Assembly (NCBI GenBank): GCA_044378055.1
Contig: JBILXY010000002.1
Coordinates: 27,122-91,121 of the forward strand
Origin: Bdellovibrionales bacterium
GTDB taxonomy: Bacteria; Patescibacteriota; JACMRA01
Direction of reading: 5' to 3'
Length of the DNA stretch: 64,000 nucleotides
The notes beneath the pieces were generated by a model that was given only the letters and a program-made list of their open reading frames with translations, was not told the DNA's origin and did not search any database. The translations under genes were made by a program, and so were the position numbers. Numbering within the stretch: position 1 is the first letter of the stretch; every line of letters starts with the position of its first letter. Of the stretch, positions 45,469 through 54,140 are shown in pieces.

Positions 45469-47112
45469 TTAATTTTGCTTAACCCAAAATGAATATCTTC
45501 CGCTTACCTGTTCTTCTAAAATATAATTTTGTGGAAGATAGGCCAATAACTTCTTGGACAGGCTAGATTGTGAATCGATTAAAATTAATTTTGTGTTCTT
45601 TTCTACTAAAAGTTTGTATAGCCCCTCTTCGTTAATTCCTATTAAAGGGTGATAATCTACCACATATTTATAGGCATTCAATCTTCCTGAAAGAGGATAA
45701 ATTTCTGGCATTGTTGAAGCTATAAAAATTTTATCGTTATCGGAGGTGTATTTTTGGACTGTGGGGACCAGAAGGCGGGTTTTATCTACTGTGTTTGGGT
45801 CGAAACTTCTTTGCCAATTTGCTAGGCTTTGCTGACCTGTTATAACTGAATTAAAACCATTTATCCCCCAGTATTTATCAATATTAAAATAGTTTAAAAC
45901 CCCACTTCCACCTGTAAAATTGCTTAGCAGAATTTGGAAGAAAACGAGACCTGCCAAAACCGAGGCTAGTTTCGATGTAAAGTTTAAATTTGAGTGTTTC
46001 GCCAAACTTATAATCCAAACTATAAAAATGGCTGTAATTGGCAATATTTGTTGTAGATAATGGGGATAACTTCGTTCGGCAATAAACACACTAAAAGTGG
46101 CAATACTTAACCAGTTAATAATTATAAATCCATTTTTACCTAAATTATATTTCTGAAATTGACCTTGCAAGAAAGCGTAAAGTGTAGCTAAAAATACAGC
46201 GATGACGAGGAAAAACCTGAAATATAAAGCTTTAATTGGAACAATGAAACCTAGTAAAACTGGATAGGAATTTTCTGGAAGATAGTAAGTGTTGTTATAT
46301 TGCCAAACCGCAAACCAAAACTGATTAAAATAGCCACTGGCAAAATAGACTAAGCCAATTAAAACTGGCAGAAAAACCGAGGAAATTAGAATAATTCCCA
46401 AAGAAATCCAAACTTTTTTATTTTGAATAAATTGAATAGTTTTAGGGTAAATTTCTGAAACTGAATTGATGGTTTTTACCAACCAAACCGTGTACAAAAT
46501 TACAATTAACCAAGCTATTTCAGCCAGTGCCGGAATTTTAGTAAGAATAGCAAGGCTAAAAGATAAACCGCCAGCTATTAAGTTAAGGTATATTTTGGAG
46601 AACTTATTAGCTTCGATTTCCTCGGTAAAGTTTGATAATTTTGAAATTTGTGGAGCGATGAAGTAAAAACCAAGCAAAACCAAAGGTACAAACAAGTTTT
46701 CGCCATTAAATATGGTAACTTCAAAATATACAGCTTGAAGGGCGATTGATACAAAAAATGCGACTTGGGATAATTTTTCCCCAAAATTAAATACATTTTT
46801 AGATATTTTATAAACCAGGAAACAAATCAGGAAACCAAGGAGGAAGTTTAGCACCCGAAGTGGCCACAATTCCATTCCAAACAACCAAACAGAGAGAGAA
46901 TAAACAATATAAATTAGCGGTGGTTTATTATCCCAAGCCCCAACATAAAGCCACTCCCCGCCCTTTACTATGCTTTGAGCAACAGCTAGATAATAATTTT
47001 CATCACCATACCAAAAAGTTTCAAAAAAAGATGGTAATCTGAAGAACAAAAGCGTAAAAAAACCAATAACTAAAAACCTAAATTCCATTAAAATATTTTT
47101 AAAAAGATTCAT
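45469..47112 (-). CDS. GT-C fold membrane glycosyltransferase (ArnT/PMT, GT39/GT83-like).
   Basis: At least 10 TM segments. The first extracytoplasmic loop carries WYGDENYYLAVAQSI (DExY-type motif), and a soluble C-terminal domain follows. Confidence 0.6.
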   Translation of the reverse strand: MNLFKNILMEFRFLVIGFFTLLFFRLPSFFETFWYGDENYYLAVAQSIVKGGEWLYVGAWDNKPPLIYIVYSLSVWLFGMELWPLRVLNFLLGFLICFLVYKISKNVFNFGEKLSQVAFFVSIALQAVYFEVTIFNGENLFVPLVLLGFYFIAPQISKLSNFTEEIEANKFSKIYLNLIAGGLSFSLAILTKIPALAEIAWLIVILYTVWLVKTINSVSEIYPKTIQFIQNKKVWISLGIILISSVFLPVLIGLVYFASGYFNQFWFAVWQYNNTYYLPENSYPVLLGFIVPIKALYFRFFLVIAVFLATLYAFLQGQFQKYNLGKNGFIIINWLSIATFSVFIAERSYPHYLQQILPITAIFIVWIISLAKHSNLNFTSKLASVLAGLVFFQILLSNFTGGSGVLNYFNIDKYWGINGFNSVITGQQSLANWQRSFDPNTVDKTRLLVPTVQKYTSDNDKIFIASTMPEIYPLSGRLNAYKYVVDYHPLIGINEEGLYKLLVEKNTKLILIDSQSSLSKKLLAYLPQNYILEEQVSGRYSFWVKQN

Positions 47113-47227
47113 GCTTCAGTATTGAAATAATTGAGAATTGAAGTCAATAAACTAGGACTTCATATCAACGACTTATAATTTGGAGCAAAGAAAAAAACCA
47201 TCCATTTGGACAGTTTCTGGTTTAATA

Positions 47228-47476
47228 TTAAGTTGTATTTTTAACCTTTACACTTTTTGGTCTTACCAATGCTAAATTTACTGGCAACTCTTCTTGAGTT
47301 TTATTAGTATAAGCACGATCGAATCTCTCGCCGCTCGAATCAAAAATTTCTTTACATGCTCGACATTGAAAAGTGTTTGTTATTCTACACATTTGAAATA
47401 AGCTACAATAACTCGAATTCCCTCCACAATTTTGCTCTGAAATATGAGGAGTTTCAGCATCTCTATGTTGACCCAT
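47228..47476 (-). CDS. Small Cys-rich hypothetical protein (82 aa).
   Basis: CGGNSSYC...CRITNTFQCRAC pattern, possibly a zinc ribbon. Confidence 0.35.
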   Translation of the reverse strand: MGQHRDAETPHISEQNCGGNSSYCSLFQMCRITNTFQCRACKEIFDSSGERFDRAYTNKTQEELPVNLALVRPKSVKVKNTT

Positions 47477-47607
47477 TTTTTATCCTTCTTGCTAAATTAT
47501 TTTAATGCTGTTTGATAAGCAGTTATTAACCAATAGCAAAAATTTGTGGCTAGTCAAATTTACTTCCTTTTGACAAAACTAGGGGTATTTTGGAAAGCTG
47601 AATTGTT

Positions 47608-48336
47608 ATGAACAAATATGTGCTTGGAATTGTAATTCCCACCTATAAAGAAAGTGAGAATATTTCAGATTTACTTGAAAAAATTGCTGATGAAGTTAAA
47701 AAAGATGAAATTAGTACCTTGGTTTTGGTTATGGATGATAATTCCCCAGACGGAACCGCGGATTTAGCCAAGGCAAGTGCTGCCAAACTTAACAGTGAAG
47801 ATTTTACAATCGAAGTTAAAGTTCGCCCTGGTAAAATGGGCCTTGCTTCAGCTTATATACAAGGTTTTGAACATATTAAAGACAGAGTGGATTTTCTTCA
47901 AGAAATGGACGCAGATTTTTCCCATAATCCAAAATATTTAAAAGAATTAGTTCATCAAGCTAAAGCAGGATATGACTATGTAATTGGTTCGCGAAATATT
48001 CCTGGTGGAAGCGTGGTTGGTTGGGGCCCTGTGCGAAATATGGTAAGCAAGCTTGGTTCATTGTATTCAAAAATAATTTTAGGCGTAAACATTAACGATT
48101 TTACTGGTGGATTCAACCTTTATAACACAAAAGTTTTTGATAAACTAGATTTAAAAAGCATCAAAGCCGAAGGCTATTTATTCCAAATTGAAATGAAATA
48201 TAGGGCCGCTAAGCTTGGTTTTAAATTTACCGAAATTCCTATTGTTTTTGTTGATAGGCAGAAGGGAAAAAGCAAGTTTAATAAAAAGATTGTATTGGAA
48301 GCTTTGCTGGGTGTAATTAGACTAAGGACCAGTTAA
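47608..48336 (+). CDS. Polyprenyl-phosphate mannose/glucose synthase (Dpm1/GtrB-like GT2).
   Basis: IVIPTYKESENI, MDDNSPDGT, and MDADFSHNP (DxD region). Confidence 0.8.
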   Translation: MNKYVLGIVIPTYKESENISDLLEKIADEVKKDEISTLVLVMDDNSPDGTADLAKASAAKLNSEDFTIEVKVRPGKMGLASAYIQGFEHIKDRVDFLQEMDADFSHNPKYLKELVHQAKAGYDYVIGSRNIPGGSVVGWGPVRNMVSKLGSLYSKIILGVNINDFTGGFNLYNTKVFDKLDLKSIKAEGYLFQIEMKYRAAKLGFKFTEIPIVFVDRQKGKSKFNKKIVLEALLGVIRLRTS

Positions 48337-48337
48337 T

Positions 48338-48808
48338 ATGTTTACTGGCGAAGTTTACAGACTATTTATTTTTGTAGTTTTGGCGGGAGTAAGAACTTTG
48401 TTAGAACTGGGATTGTGGAAATTCCTAGTGGTGATTGGTGAAAAATCTGAAAAAATTACTAGTTTTCTTAGCTTAATTAGATTAAATATTTATGCTTTCT
48501 CTCACGGAGTTTCTTTTATAGCCTCGGTTATTGCTAGTTATTTTTTGAATAGATACATTACCTTTTCTGATACAAACCAGTTAACAAACCCTGAACTTGT
48601 TACAAAGTTTGTAGTTGTAAGTGTTATAACTTTGGTTATTTCGGTTTGGTTGATTAACTTTTTAACTTCTGAAAAGTTTATTTTAGAAAAAGTAAAACTG
48701 TTTGATCTGGTTAACAAACACTGGCCTTTATTAGCCAAGATTGGAACCATAGGGGTTACCATGCTGATTAATTATTTTGGCTACAGGTGGTTTGTTTTTC
48801 TTGTTTAA
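48338..48808 (+). CDS. GtrA-family membrane protein.
   Basis: 156 aa with 4 TM segments. It starts 1 nt after the GT2 stop, the classic GtrB-GtrA pairing. Confidence 0.55.
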   Translation: MFTGEVYRLFIFVVLAGVRTLLELGLWKFLVVIGEKSEKITSFLSLIRLNIYAFSHGVSFIASVIASYFLNRYITFSDTNQLTNPELVTKFVVVSVITLVISVWLINFLTSEKFILEKVKLFDLVNKHWPLLAKIGTIGVTMLINYFGYRWFVFLV

Positions 48809-48901
48809 CTGTTGGATTTAATTTTGGAGGGTAAATAAATGTCTAATCTTTGGGCATAATTTTTTCTTTACATGTTAAACTTAAACATGCTTATTTAATT
48901 T

Positions 48902-49582
48902 ATGGGAAAATCACTCATTTCTATAAATAATTTGAACAAATCCTTTACACTTCAAAAGGAAATTTCACCACTTGGCAGCAGAAAAATTAATGTACTTCAG
49001 AATTTTAATTTTCAATCAGACAAACCAGATATTATCGGCTTAATTGGAGAAAAAAATTCAGGCAAAACTACATTGTTTAAAATATTAATTGGTTGCATCC
49101 CACCTTGCAGTGGCGAAGTTAATGTACTTGGTTTAAAGCCAAACTTTAGAGACACAAAATACTCTACACAAATTGGTTTTGTTAGTGGTCTTAAATTTAC
49201 AGATTCCACCTTACCTATACAAGAATCCTTAACACTTTTGGCATATTTGCTGAATATTCCAGAGGTTGAATTTACAAAAAGATGCATGAAATTAATCAAC
49301 GATTTCCAATTTAACCAGCTATTAAACATCCCAATTAACCAGCTTAATAATATGGAAAAAATACAATTTGAATTAATTTGTGCCCTAATACACAACCCTA
49401 AAATAGTATTTATAGACAATATAATTGATGACTTAAATTCACAGATTTTAGAAAAGGTGAAGTCTTTAATTTTAGAATATCATAAAAAGGAAAAAACCAG
49501 CTTTATCATATTCAGCCAAAACAAAGATAAGATAGATAACATCTGCCAGAATTTGGTTCAAATAAAACAAAATGAGTTTTAA
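48902..49582 (+). CDS. ABC-type ATPase with degenerate signature motifs.
   Basis: Walker A is GEKNSGKTTLFK. The signature is degraded to NNMEKIQ and Walker B to IVFIDNIIDDL. Confidence 0.6.
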   Translation: MGKSLISINNLNKSFTLQKEISPLGSRKINVLQNFNFQSDKPDIIGLIGEKNSGKTTLFKILIGCIPPCSGEVNVLGLKPNFRDTKYSTQIGFVSGLKFTDSTLPIQESLTLLAYLLNIPEVEFTKRCMKLINDFQFNQLLNIPINQLNNMEKIQFELICALIHNPKIVFIDNIIDDLNSQILEKVKSLILEYHKKEKTSFIIFSQNKDKIDNICQNLVQIKQNEF

Positions 49583-49619
49583 ATTGACTTTTTAGCTAGT
49601 CTTGCCTTAGCTTAAGAAC

Positions 49620-50639
49620 ATGAGCAATAATTATGTGGATTACCGATCTTTTCTTATGGCCAATGTGGAGACTATGCTTCAAGCAGCCTCTACTTTAAGG
49701 CAGTCGGCTGGAATTGAAAGTGAAGATTTATTTGGAGCTGAAAGTGATGATCAAAATACCGGCAAAACAGATATTCAATGGATACAAAAAGCAGAAAATT
49801 TATCTCCATTTCAAGTTTTGCTGAAAGAAAAAGACAGTTTAGGATTATTCGTATCGGGAAATCCTTTGGATGAATACCAACATATTCTCGAATGGGTTCA
49901 GGAAACAGCCGCAAGAGACGATATACATCTGATTTTAATTACTAAAATTCGCAAAATATTTACCAAAGCCGGACAAATGATGTTCGCCCTGCAAATTACT
50001 ATGTACAATGCCGAAGTTGAAGGTGTTATCTTCCCTAAAAAAGCCATGGATCTTTCACCAAGATTAGCCGAAGGGGAACTTTTCTGGGTTCGTGGAAAAA
50101 TAAGCGTTCCAAAAAAACGAGACACCAAACAAAAACCTTTACCATCGACTCCGATTGCTGATGCAAATGAAGATTTAGATACCTCTAGCGAGGGGAATGT
50201 TGAGCAGCCTATTTCTGAAACTGTTGAGGAAGTTAAGGAATACGATGAATTACCAAAACTATTAATCGACAATTTAGTTCCATTCCAAGAAGGCGCTCTG
50301 GCCGTTTTAGCCGATGAAGACATAAGAATTTCAATTAATCGCGAGAAACTTTTTAAATCTGTAAACTGGGAAAAGCTTAAAGTAGATCCAAATTCTTTCC
50401 ATGAAAATTTCGGAGAAAGTAACAATAAAAGAGTGCCTGAAGATAAATCTGGAAAACCCAAGTTGATTAAATTAACCAAAGATGTCGGGGCAAGTGCTTT
50501 AATGGAGGTAAAACAAAATTTGAAAAAAACCCCAGAAACTGGAACTATTGAAGTTGAAGTTTGGGTTGAAAACTTGGGTGAGTTGAAAAAGGTAAAAGGC
50601 CAATTCTGGCTTCCTGAATCTATCGCCAAAAATTATTAG
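49620..50639 (+). CDS. dnaE: Stand-alone C-terminal fragment of DNA polymerase III alpha (OB-fold plus C-terminal tail). The PHP and polymerase-core regions are absent.
   Basis: YRSFLMANVETMLQAAS...DLFG...KEKDSLGLFVSGNPLDEY...IFTKAGQMMFALQITMYNAEVEGVIFPK...LFWVRGKIS is collinear with the last ~260 residues of E. coli DnaE (RAQLMASLDDAL...ETLGLYLTGHPINQY...). The upstream gene is an unrelated ABC ATPase. Confidence 0.7.
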   Translation: MSNNYVDYRSFLMANVETMLQAASTLRQSAGIESEDLFGAESDDQNTGKTDIQWIQKAENLSPFQVLLKEKDSLGLFVSGNPLDEYQHILEWVQETAARDDIHLILITKIRKIFTKAGQMMFALQITMYNAEVEGVIFPKKAMDLSPRLAEGELFWVRGKISVPKKRDTKQKPLPSTPIADANEDLDTSSEGNVEQPISETVEEVKEYDELPKLLIDNLVPFQEGALAVLADEDIRISINREKLFKSVNWEKLKVDPNSFHENFGESNNKRVPEDKSGKPKLIKLTKDVGASALMEVKQNLKKTPETGTIEVEVWVENLGELKKVKGQFWLPESIAKNY

Positions 50640-50704
50640 GTGTTAGATTTGTTTTCATCTGTTTGCCTTGCTAAAATATTGCTTTTGTATAACTTTTAAA
50701 ATAC

Positions 50705-51730
50705 ATGATTCCAATTACAATTTTAACAGGTTTTCTAGGTAGCGGTAAGACAACTTTAGTAAACAAAATTATTCAAGATAACCCAAAATTAAAGTTTGGT
50801 TTAATTATTAACGAATTTGGCAGTGAAGGTATCGATGGGCAATTAGTTGAAACCAGTGGTGAGGAGTTGGTTGAGATGTCGAATGGTTGTTTGTGCTGCA
50901 TTGTAAGAAAAGATTTACAGGAAGCAGTTCTAAAGCTTGCCGAACAAAAAATTGATTACATTATTATTGAAGCTTCCGGACTTGCTGAACCAAAACCTGT
51001 GGCACAAACTTTTGCTATGGAAAATTTGGAAGAGAAAGTTCAGCTCGATGCAGTTGTAGCTGTTTTAGATTGCGAAAACTATAATTTAACCAGCGAAACT
51101 TATCAGGTTGCCGTGGAACAAATTGAATTTGCCGATATTGTTATTTTAAATAAGCTGGATAATATTGATGAAAAAAGACTTGCTACTTTTTATACATTGG
51201 TTAAACAAATTAATTCCGATGCAGTTATTCTTGAAAACAAACCAGATTCTTTCCACACTTCTTTATTGATAGATGCTGGAAAATGGAGCGTTGAAAGATT
51301 GGAAGCTTTAGAAGATGAGGAAGACGATCACGACCATTCAGAACATGATCACCATGAACACAATCACGACGATGACCACGGTCATTCAGGCCATCATCAC
51401 GATCATGCACATCATCACGGACATGAACACGATGAAGTTGATGAGGTTGTGTTTACTACAACAATTCCTTTAGATCCAGGTAAACTTGATGATTGGTTAA
51501 TTAACCACTTCCCAAAAAATGTAGTTAGAGCCAAAGGTTTAATAAATATTCAGCTTTCTGAAACAGACACTAAAATGTTTTTGTTCCAAATGATTGGTGC
51601 TAAAAGATTGTTAGATCATTTTCAGCCAAAAAAAGAAATTGATCAGCATACAACAAGATTAGTTTTAATTGGAAAAAATTTGAATAAAGAAGAGATTTTA
51701 AATAATTTAAATCTGGTTTTAGGTCTTTAG
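50705..51730 (+). CDS. COG0523 (CobW/ZigA/YeiR-type) metallochaperone GTPase with a His-rich tract.
   Basis: GFLGSGKTTLVN, the CxCC motif (GCLCCIV), and a His/Asp-rich stretch DHDHSEHDHHEHNHDDDHGHSGHHHDHAHHHGHEHDE. Confidence 0.85.
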   Translation: MIPITILTGFLGSGKTTLVNKIIQDNPKLKFGLIINEFGSEGIDGQLVETSGEELVEMSNGCLCCIVRKDLQEAVLKLAEQKIDYIIIEASGLAEPKPVAQTFAMENLEEKVQLDAVVAVLDCENYNLTSETYQVAVEQIEFADIVILNKLDNIDEKRLATFYTLVKQINSDAVILENKPDSFHTSLLIDAGKWSVERLEALEDEEDDHDHSEHDHHEHNHDDDHGHSGHHHDHAHHHGHEHDEVDEVVFTTTIPLDPGKLDDWLINHFPKNVVRAKGLINIQLSETDTKMFLFQMIGAKRLLDHFQPKKEIDQHTTRLVLIGKNLNKEEILNNLNLVLGL

Positions 51731-51771
51731 AATAACACTTTCGCCAAATATATTCAACTTGTTAAAATTAC

Positions 51772-51799
51772 TTGACACTTAACAAAAAAAGTGTAAGAT
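51772..51799 (+). promoter_or_regulatory. Candidate promoter in front of a short leader region.
   Basis: TTGACA-16 nt-TAAGAT. An ATG (mini-ORF MFFWDR) starts 7 nt after the -10 element. Confidence 0.4.
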
Positions 51800-51866
51800 T
51801 AAAATATGTTCTTTTGGGATAGGTAAGATATAACGATGGCCTATTTCAAAAAGCATGATGAAGTTT

Positions 51867-51899
51867 CAGAGTCCCGCAAGGGACTTTGTTTATTTGTTT
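51867..51899 (+). terminator. Intrinsic terminator or attenuator hairpin upstream of chorismate mutase.
   Basis: CAGAGTCCC-GCAA-GGGACTTTG (9 bp including one G-T pair; GNRA loop) followed by TTTATTTGTTTGG. Confidence 0.7.
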
Positions 51900-51943
51900 G
51901 GAGATATTGACGGATTGCTTAAACTGTTTCAAAAATAATCAAC

Positions 51944-52246
51944 ATGCCCATTTCAATTCAAGATTCAAACAAACTAGTTCAAGAAATAGATTTACAAATT
52001 CTAGATTTACTACAAAAAAGATTTGAAATTACTAATCAGGTTGCAGAAATTAGCGAGATAGACAAGAAAACTGTTGAAAAGGGAATCAAAGAATATCAAT
52101 TGAATCTTATTCATACTGCCAAAACTAAAGGCTTAAGAAGAACTTTAATCCGCAAAATATTTCGCTCAATTCAGCAGGATGCGCAGTACAGTTTAAATAA
52201 AAAAGTTAAAAAGTTAGCTGCAGAAAACGAATCAGCTAAGATTTAA
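51944..52246 (+). CDS. Chorismate mutase, AroQ (type II) class, monofunctional.
   Basis: 100 aa, all-helical. EIDLQILDLLQKRFEITNQVAEI resembles the CM_2 N-terminal helix (R..ID.ID..ll.Ll..R). The C-terminus is IRKIFRSIQQDA. Confidence 0.5.
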   Translation: MPISIQDSNKLVQEIDLQILDLLQKRFEITNQVAEISEIDKKTVEKGIKEYQLNLIHTAKTKGLRRTLIRKIFRSIQQDAQYSLNKKVKKLAAENESAKI

Positions 52247-52251
52247 AATGG

Positions 52252-52857
52252 CTAGAGGCTAACAAAGAAACTTTGGCCAATATATACTCCATAAACTACT
52301 ATTGCAATACTGGATAAAAGTAAAAGAAATCCGGCGATAGCAGATAATAATGAAACTAGACCATCTTTTGTTACAATTCCAAGTGCAACCATTAAAACAA
52401 TTAACGAAGATAAAGAGTTTATTATTGGCAAAGGAATAATCATTACTATTGAAGCTGCTAAAATACCCAAACCGAGCAAAGGTTTAGAAAATTTAGAATT
52501 TGTTACCCACCCTAACCTAGGTTTTATAACTAATTCAACCCACCCTAAAAGCTTGGTCATGGCTTTAAAAAAACCACCGTCTGGTTTGAAAGGTAATTTC
52601 CTATTGTTTATAAAATTTGGAAGTCTGAACTCTTCCTTGTTTAAAATTAAGCTGAAAGAAAGAAAAATACAGGCGATGGCGAAAGGTGTATTAATTCCAG
52701 GCGGAGTAAAAGGCAAAGCAATTGGTAAGGCTAATAAAGCAATTATAACGGCGGAAGAACGATAACCAAAGTGAGTTGTAAAATCGGAGATACGAACAAC
52801 ACCATCTGCGGATTCTTTCTGAATAATTTCTTGAATTTCTTGTGATACTTTTAACAT
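52252..52857 (-). CDS. ExoD-family membrane protein.
   Basis: VVRISDFTTHFGYRSSAVIIALLALPIALPFTPPGINTPFAI... matches the ExoD N-terminal pattern, followed by TM segments. Confidence 0.6.
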   Translation of the reverse strand: MLKVSQEIQEIIQKESADGVVRISDFTTHFGYRSSAVIIALLALPIALPFTPPGINTPFAIACIFLSFSLILNKEEFRLPNFINNRKLPFKPDGGFFKAMTKLLGWVELVIKPRLGWVTNSKFSKPLLGLGILAASIVMIIPLPIINSLSSLIVLMVALGIVTKDGLVSLLSAIAGFLLLLSSIAIVVYGVYIGQSFFVSL

Positions 52858-52941
52858 AATTTTATTTAATTAAGGATTATTAGAATTTAAAAAACCGGTC
52901 AATAAAAAACCCTTCAAGATTATGAAGGATAATGGAAAAAA

Positions 52942-53478
52942 CTAATGTTTCTGAAGCTTTATTCCATAATATATTTGGTTTTTTTGGCCATCTAAAGTAA
53001 CATAACAATTTATTTGCAATTCAGTCTTACCAATTGAACCAACTGATCTTTGAAAAACAAATTTTGCTTCGCCTTCAACACCAAGGGTATTGATTGTAAG
53101 TTTGTTTGTATTAAGATAAAGTGATTCAATTCTTGATCGACGAGCCCTAATTAGACTAGCGTCGTTTGAATGCCAACCAGCAACATCGTTGAGGCTATCC
53201 CAATTAATTATTGCAGATTCATGGTCGATGCATTCCAATGATTCAAAGTTGAACCAATTTTGAAATGCCTTTCCTTCCGATGTAACAAACTCAATATAAA
53301 AACCTTGGTCAATTGTTAATTCATCTTGTTCATGTTTATCAGAGTAGATTAATTGAAAATAAATAAACTGAAGAAATAGTTCTGGCGTTTGAAACTTAAT
53401 ATCCCAGTTGATATTTGAAAGCTCATTTAAGAATTGAATGACATTAGGTGTTATTACTATCTTATTTCTTTGTATCAC
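52942..53478 (-). CDS. Orphan hypothetical protein (178 aa).
   Basis: ORF only. No signal peptide and no recognisable motif. Confidence 0.45.
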   Translation of the reverse strand: MIQRNKIVITPNVIQFLNELSNINWDIKFQTPELFLQFIYFQLIYSDKHEQDELTIDQGFYIEFVTSEGKAFQNWFNFESLECIDHESAIINWDSLNDVAGWHSNDASLIRARRSRIESLYLNTNKLTINTLGVEGEAKFVFQRSVGSIGKTELQINCYVTLDGQKNQIYYGIKLQKH

Positions 53479-53539
53479 AAAAAAAATTTACCCTCGGCTA
53501 TCTACACTAAACTTGTTAAAGTTATTTAAAACTTTGTAA

Positions 53540-53567
53540 AGAAAAATTCCCACTTTTTAGGTGGGAA
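53540..53567 (-). terminator. Intrinsic terminator.
   Basis: TTCCCAC-7 nt-GTGGGAA followed by TTTTTC on the minus strand, 12 nt after the stop at 53579. Confidence 0.6.
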
Positions 53568-53578
53568 AAGTGTAAGCT

Positions 53579-54025
53579 TCATGACTTTTTTACAATTTTC
53601 ATATTTTCAGAAATTCTTTTGAAAATCTCATGAACCTTGATTATGCTTAGCTCATCTAGGCTAATTTGGTATAGATTTCTGAAACCAAGCGAAGTTTCGA
53701 AATCTAAACAGAGTGAAAATTCTCCTTTTGAAGTAGAAACGTAAAGTTTGAATTGTTGATTCTCGGATGAAATAGTCATCCATAAATCGAGCATATTCAA
53801 CCTCTCAACCTTGGCTATGATAACTGATTCGTCTTCTGTAGTGACTTTTAAATAGCCACTTCCAGTATAAACATTAATCATGAATATTTCACATGAATCA
53901 CGATTATTATAAACTAATTTTACTTGAATTTGGTCTCTACTTACTAGATAAGTGCAAGTATAGCAATATACCTTCTGATTTACACTTAGAAACAATTTTC
54001 CAATGCAACTTTCCATATTATTCAC
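53579..54025 (-). CDS. Orphan hypothetical protein (148 aa).
   Basis: ORF with its own terminator. No family recognised. Confidence 0.45.
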   Translation of the reverse strand: MNNMESCIGKLFLSVNQKVYCYTCTYLVSRDQIQVKLVYNNRDSCEIFMINVYTGSGYLKVTTEDESVIIAKVERLNMLDLWMTISSENQQFKLYVSTSKGEFSLCLDFETSLGFRNLYQISLDELSIIKVHEIFKRISENMKIVKKS

Positions 54026-54140
54026 TGAAACAACAATTTAATAAATTCAGTATTTTCAGGTATTGTAAAGTAGGTTTTTACTGAAATTGACAAACAATCA
54101 ACTTGTTTAGAAAGTATCTTAACATTTTATCTGCTACAAT

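Noticed and set aside
49898-50629. 243-aa minus-strand ORF.
   Set aside because: It is antisense to the DnaE C-terminal fragment, which has clear homology. The product is Ser/Phe-rich and low in complexity.
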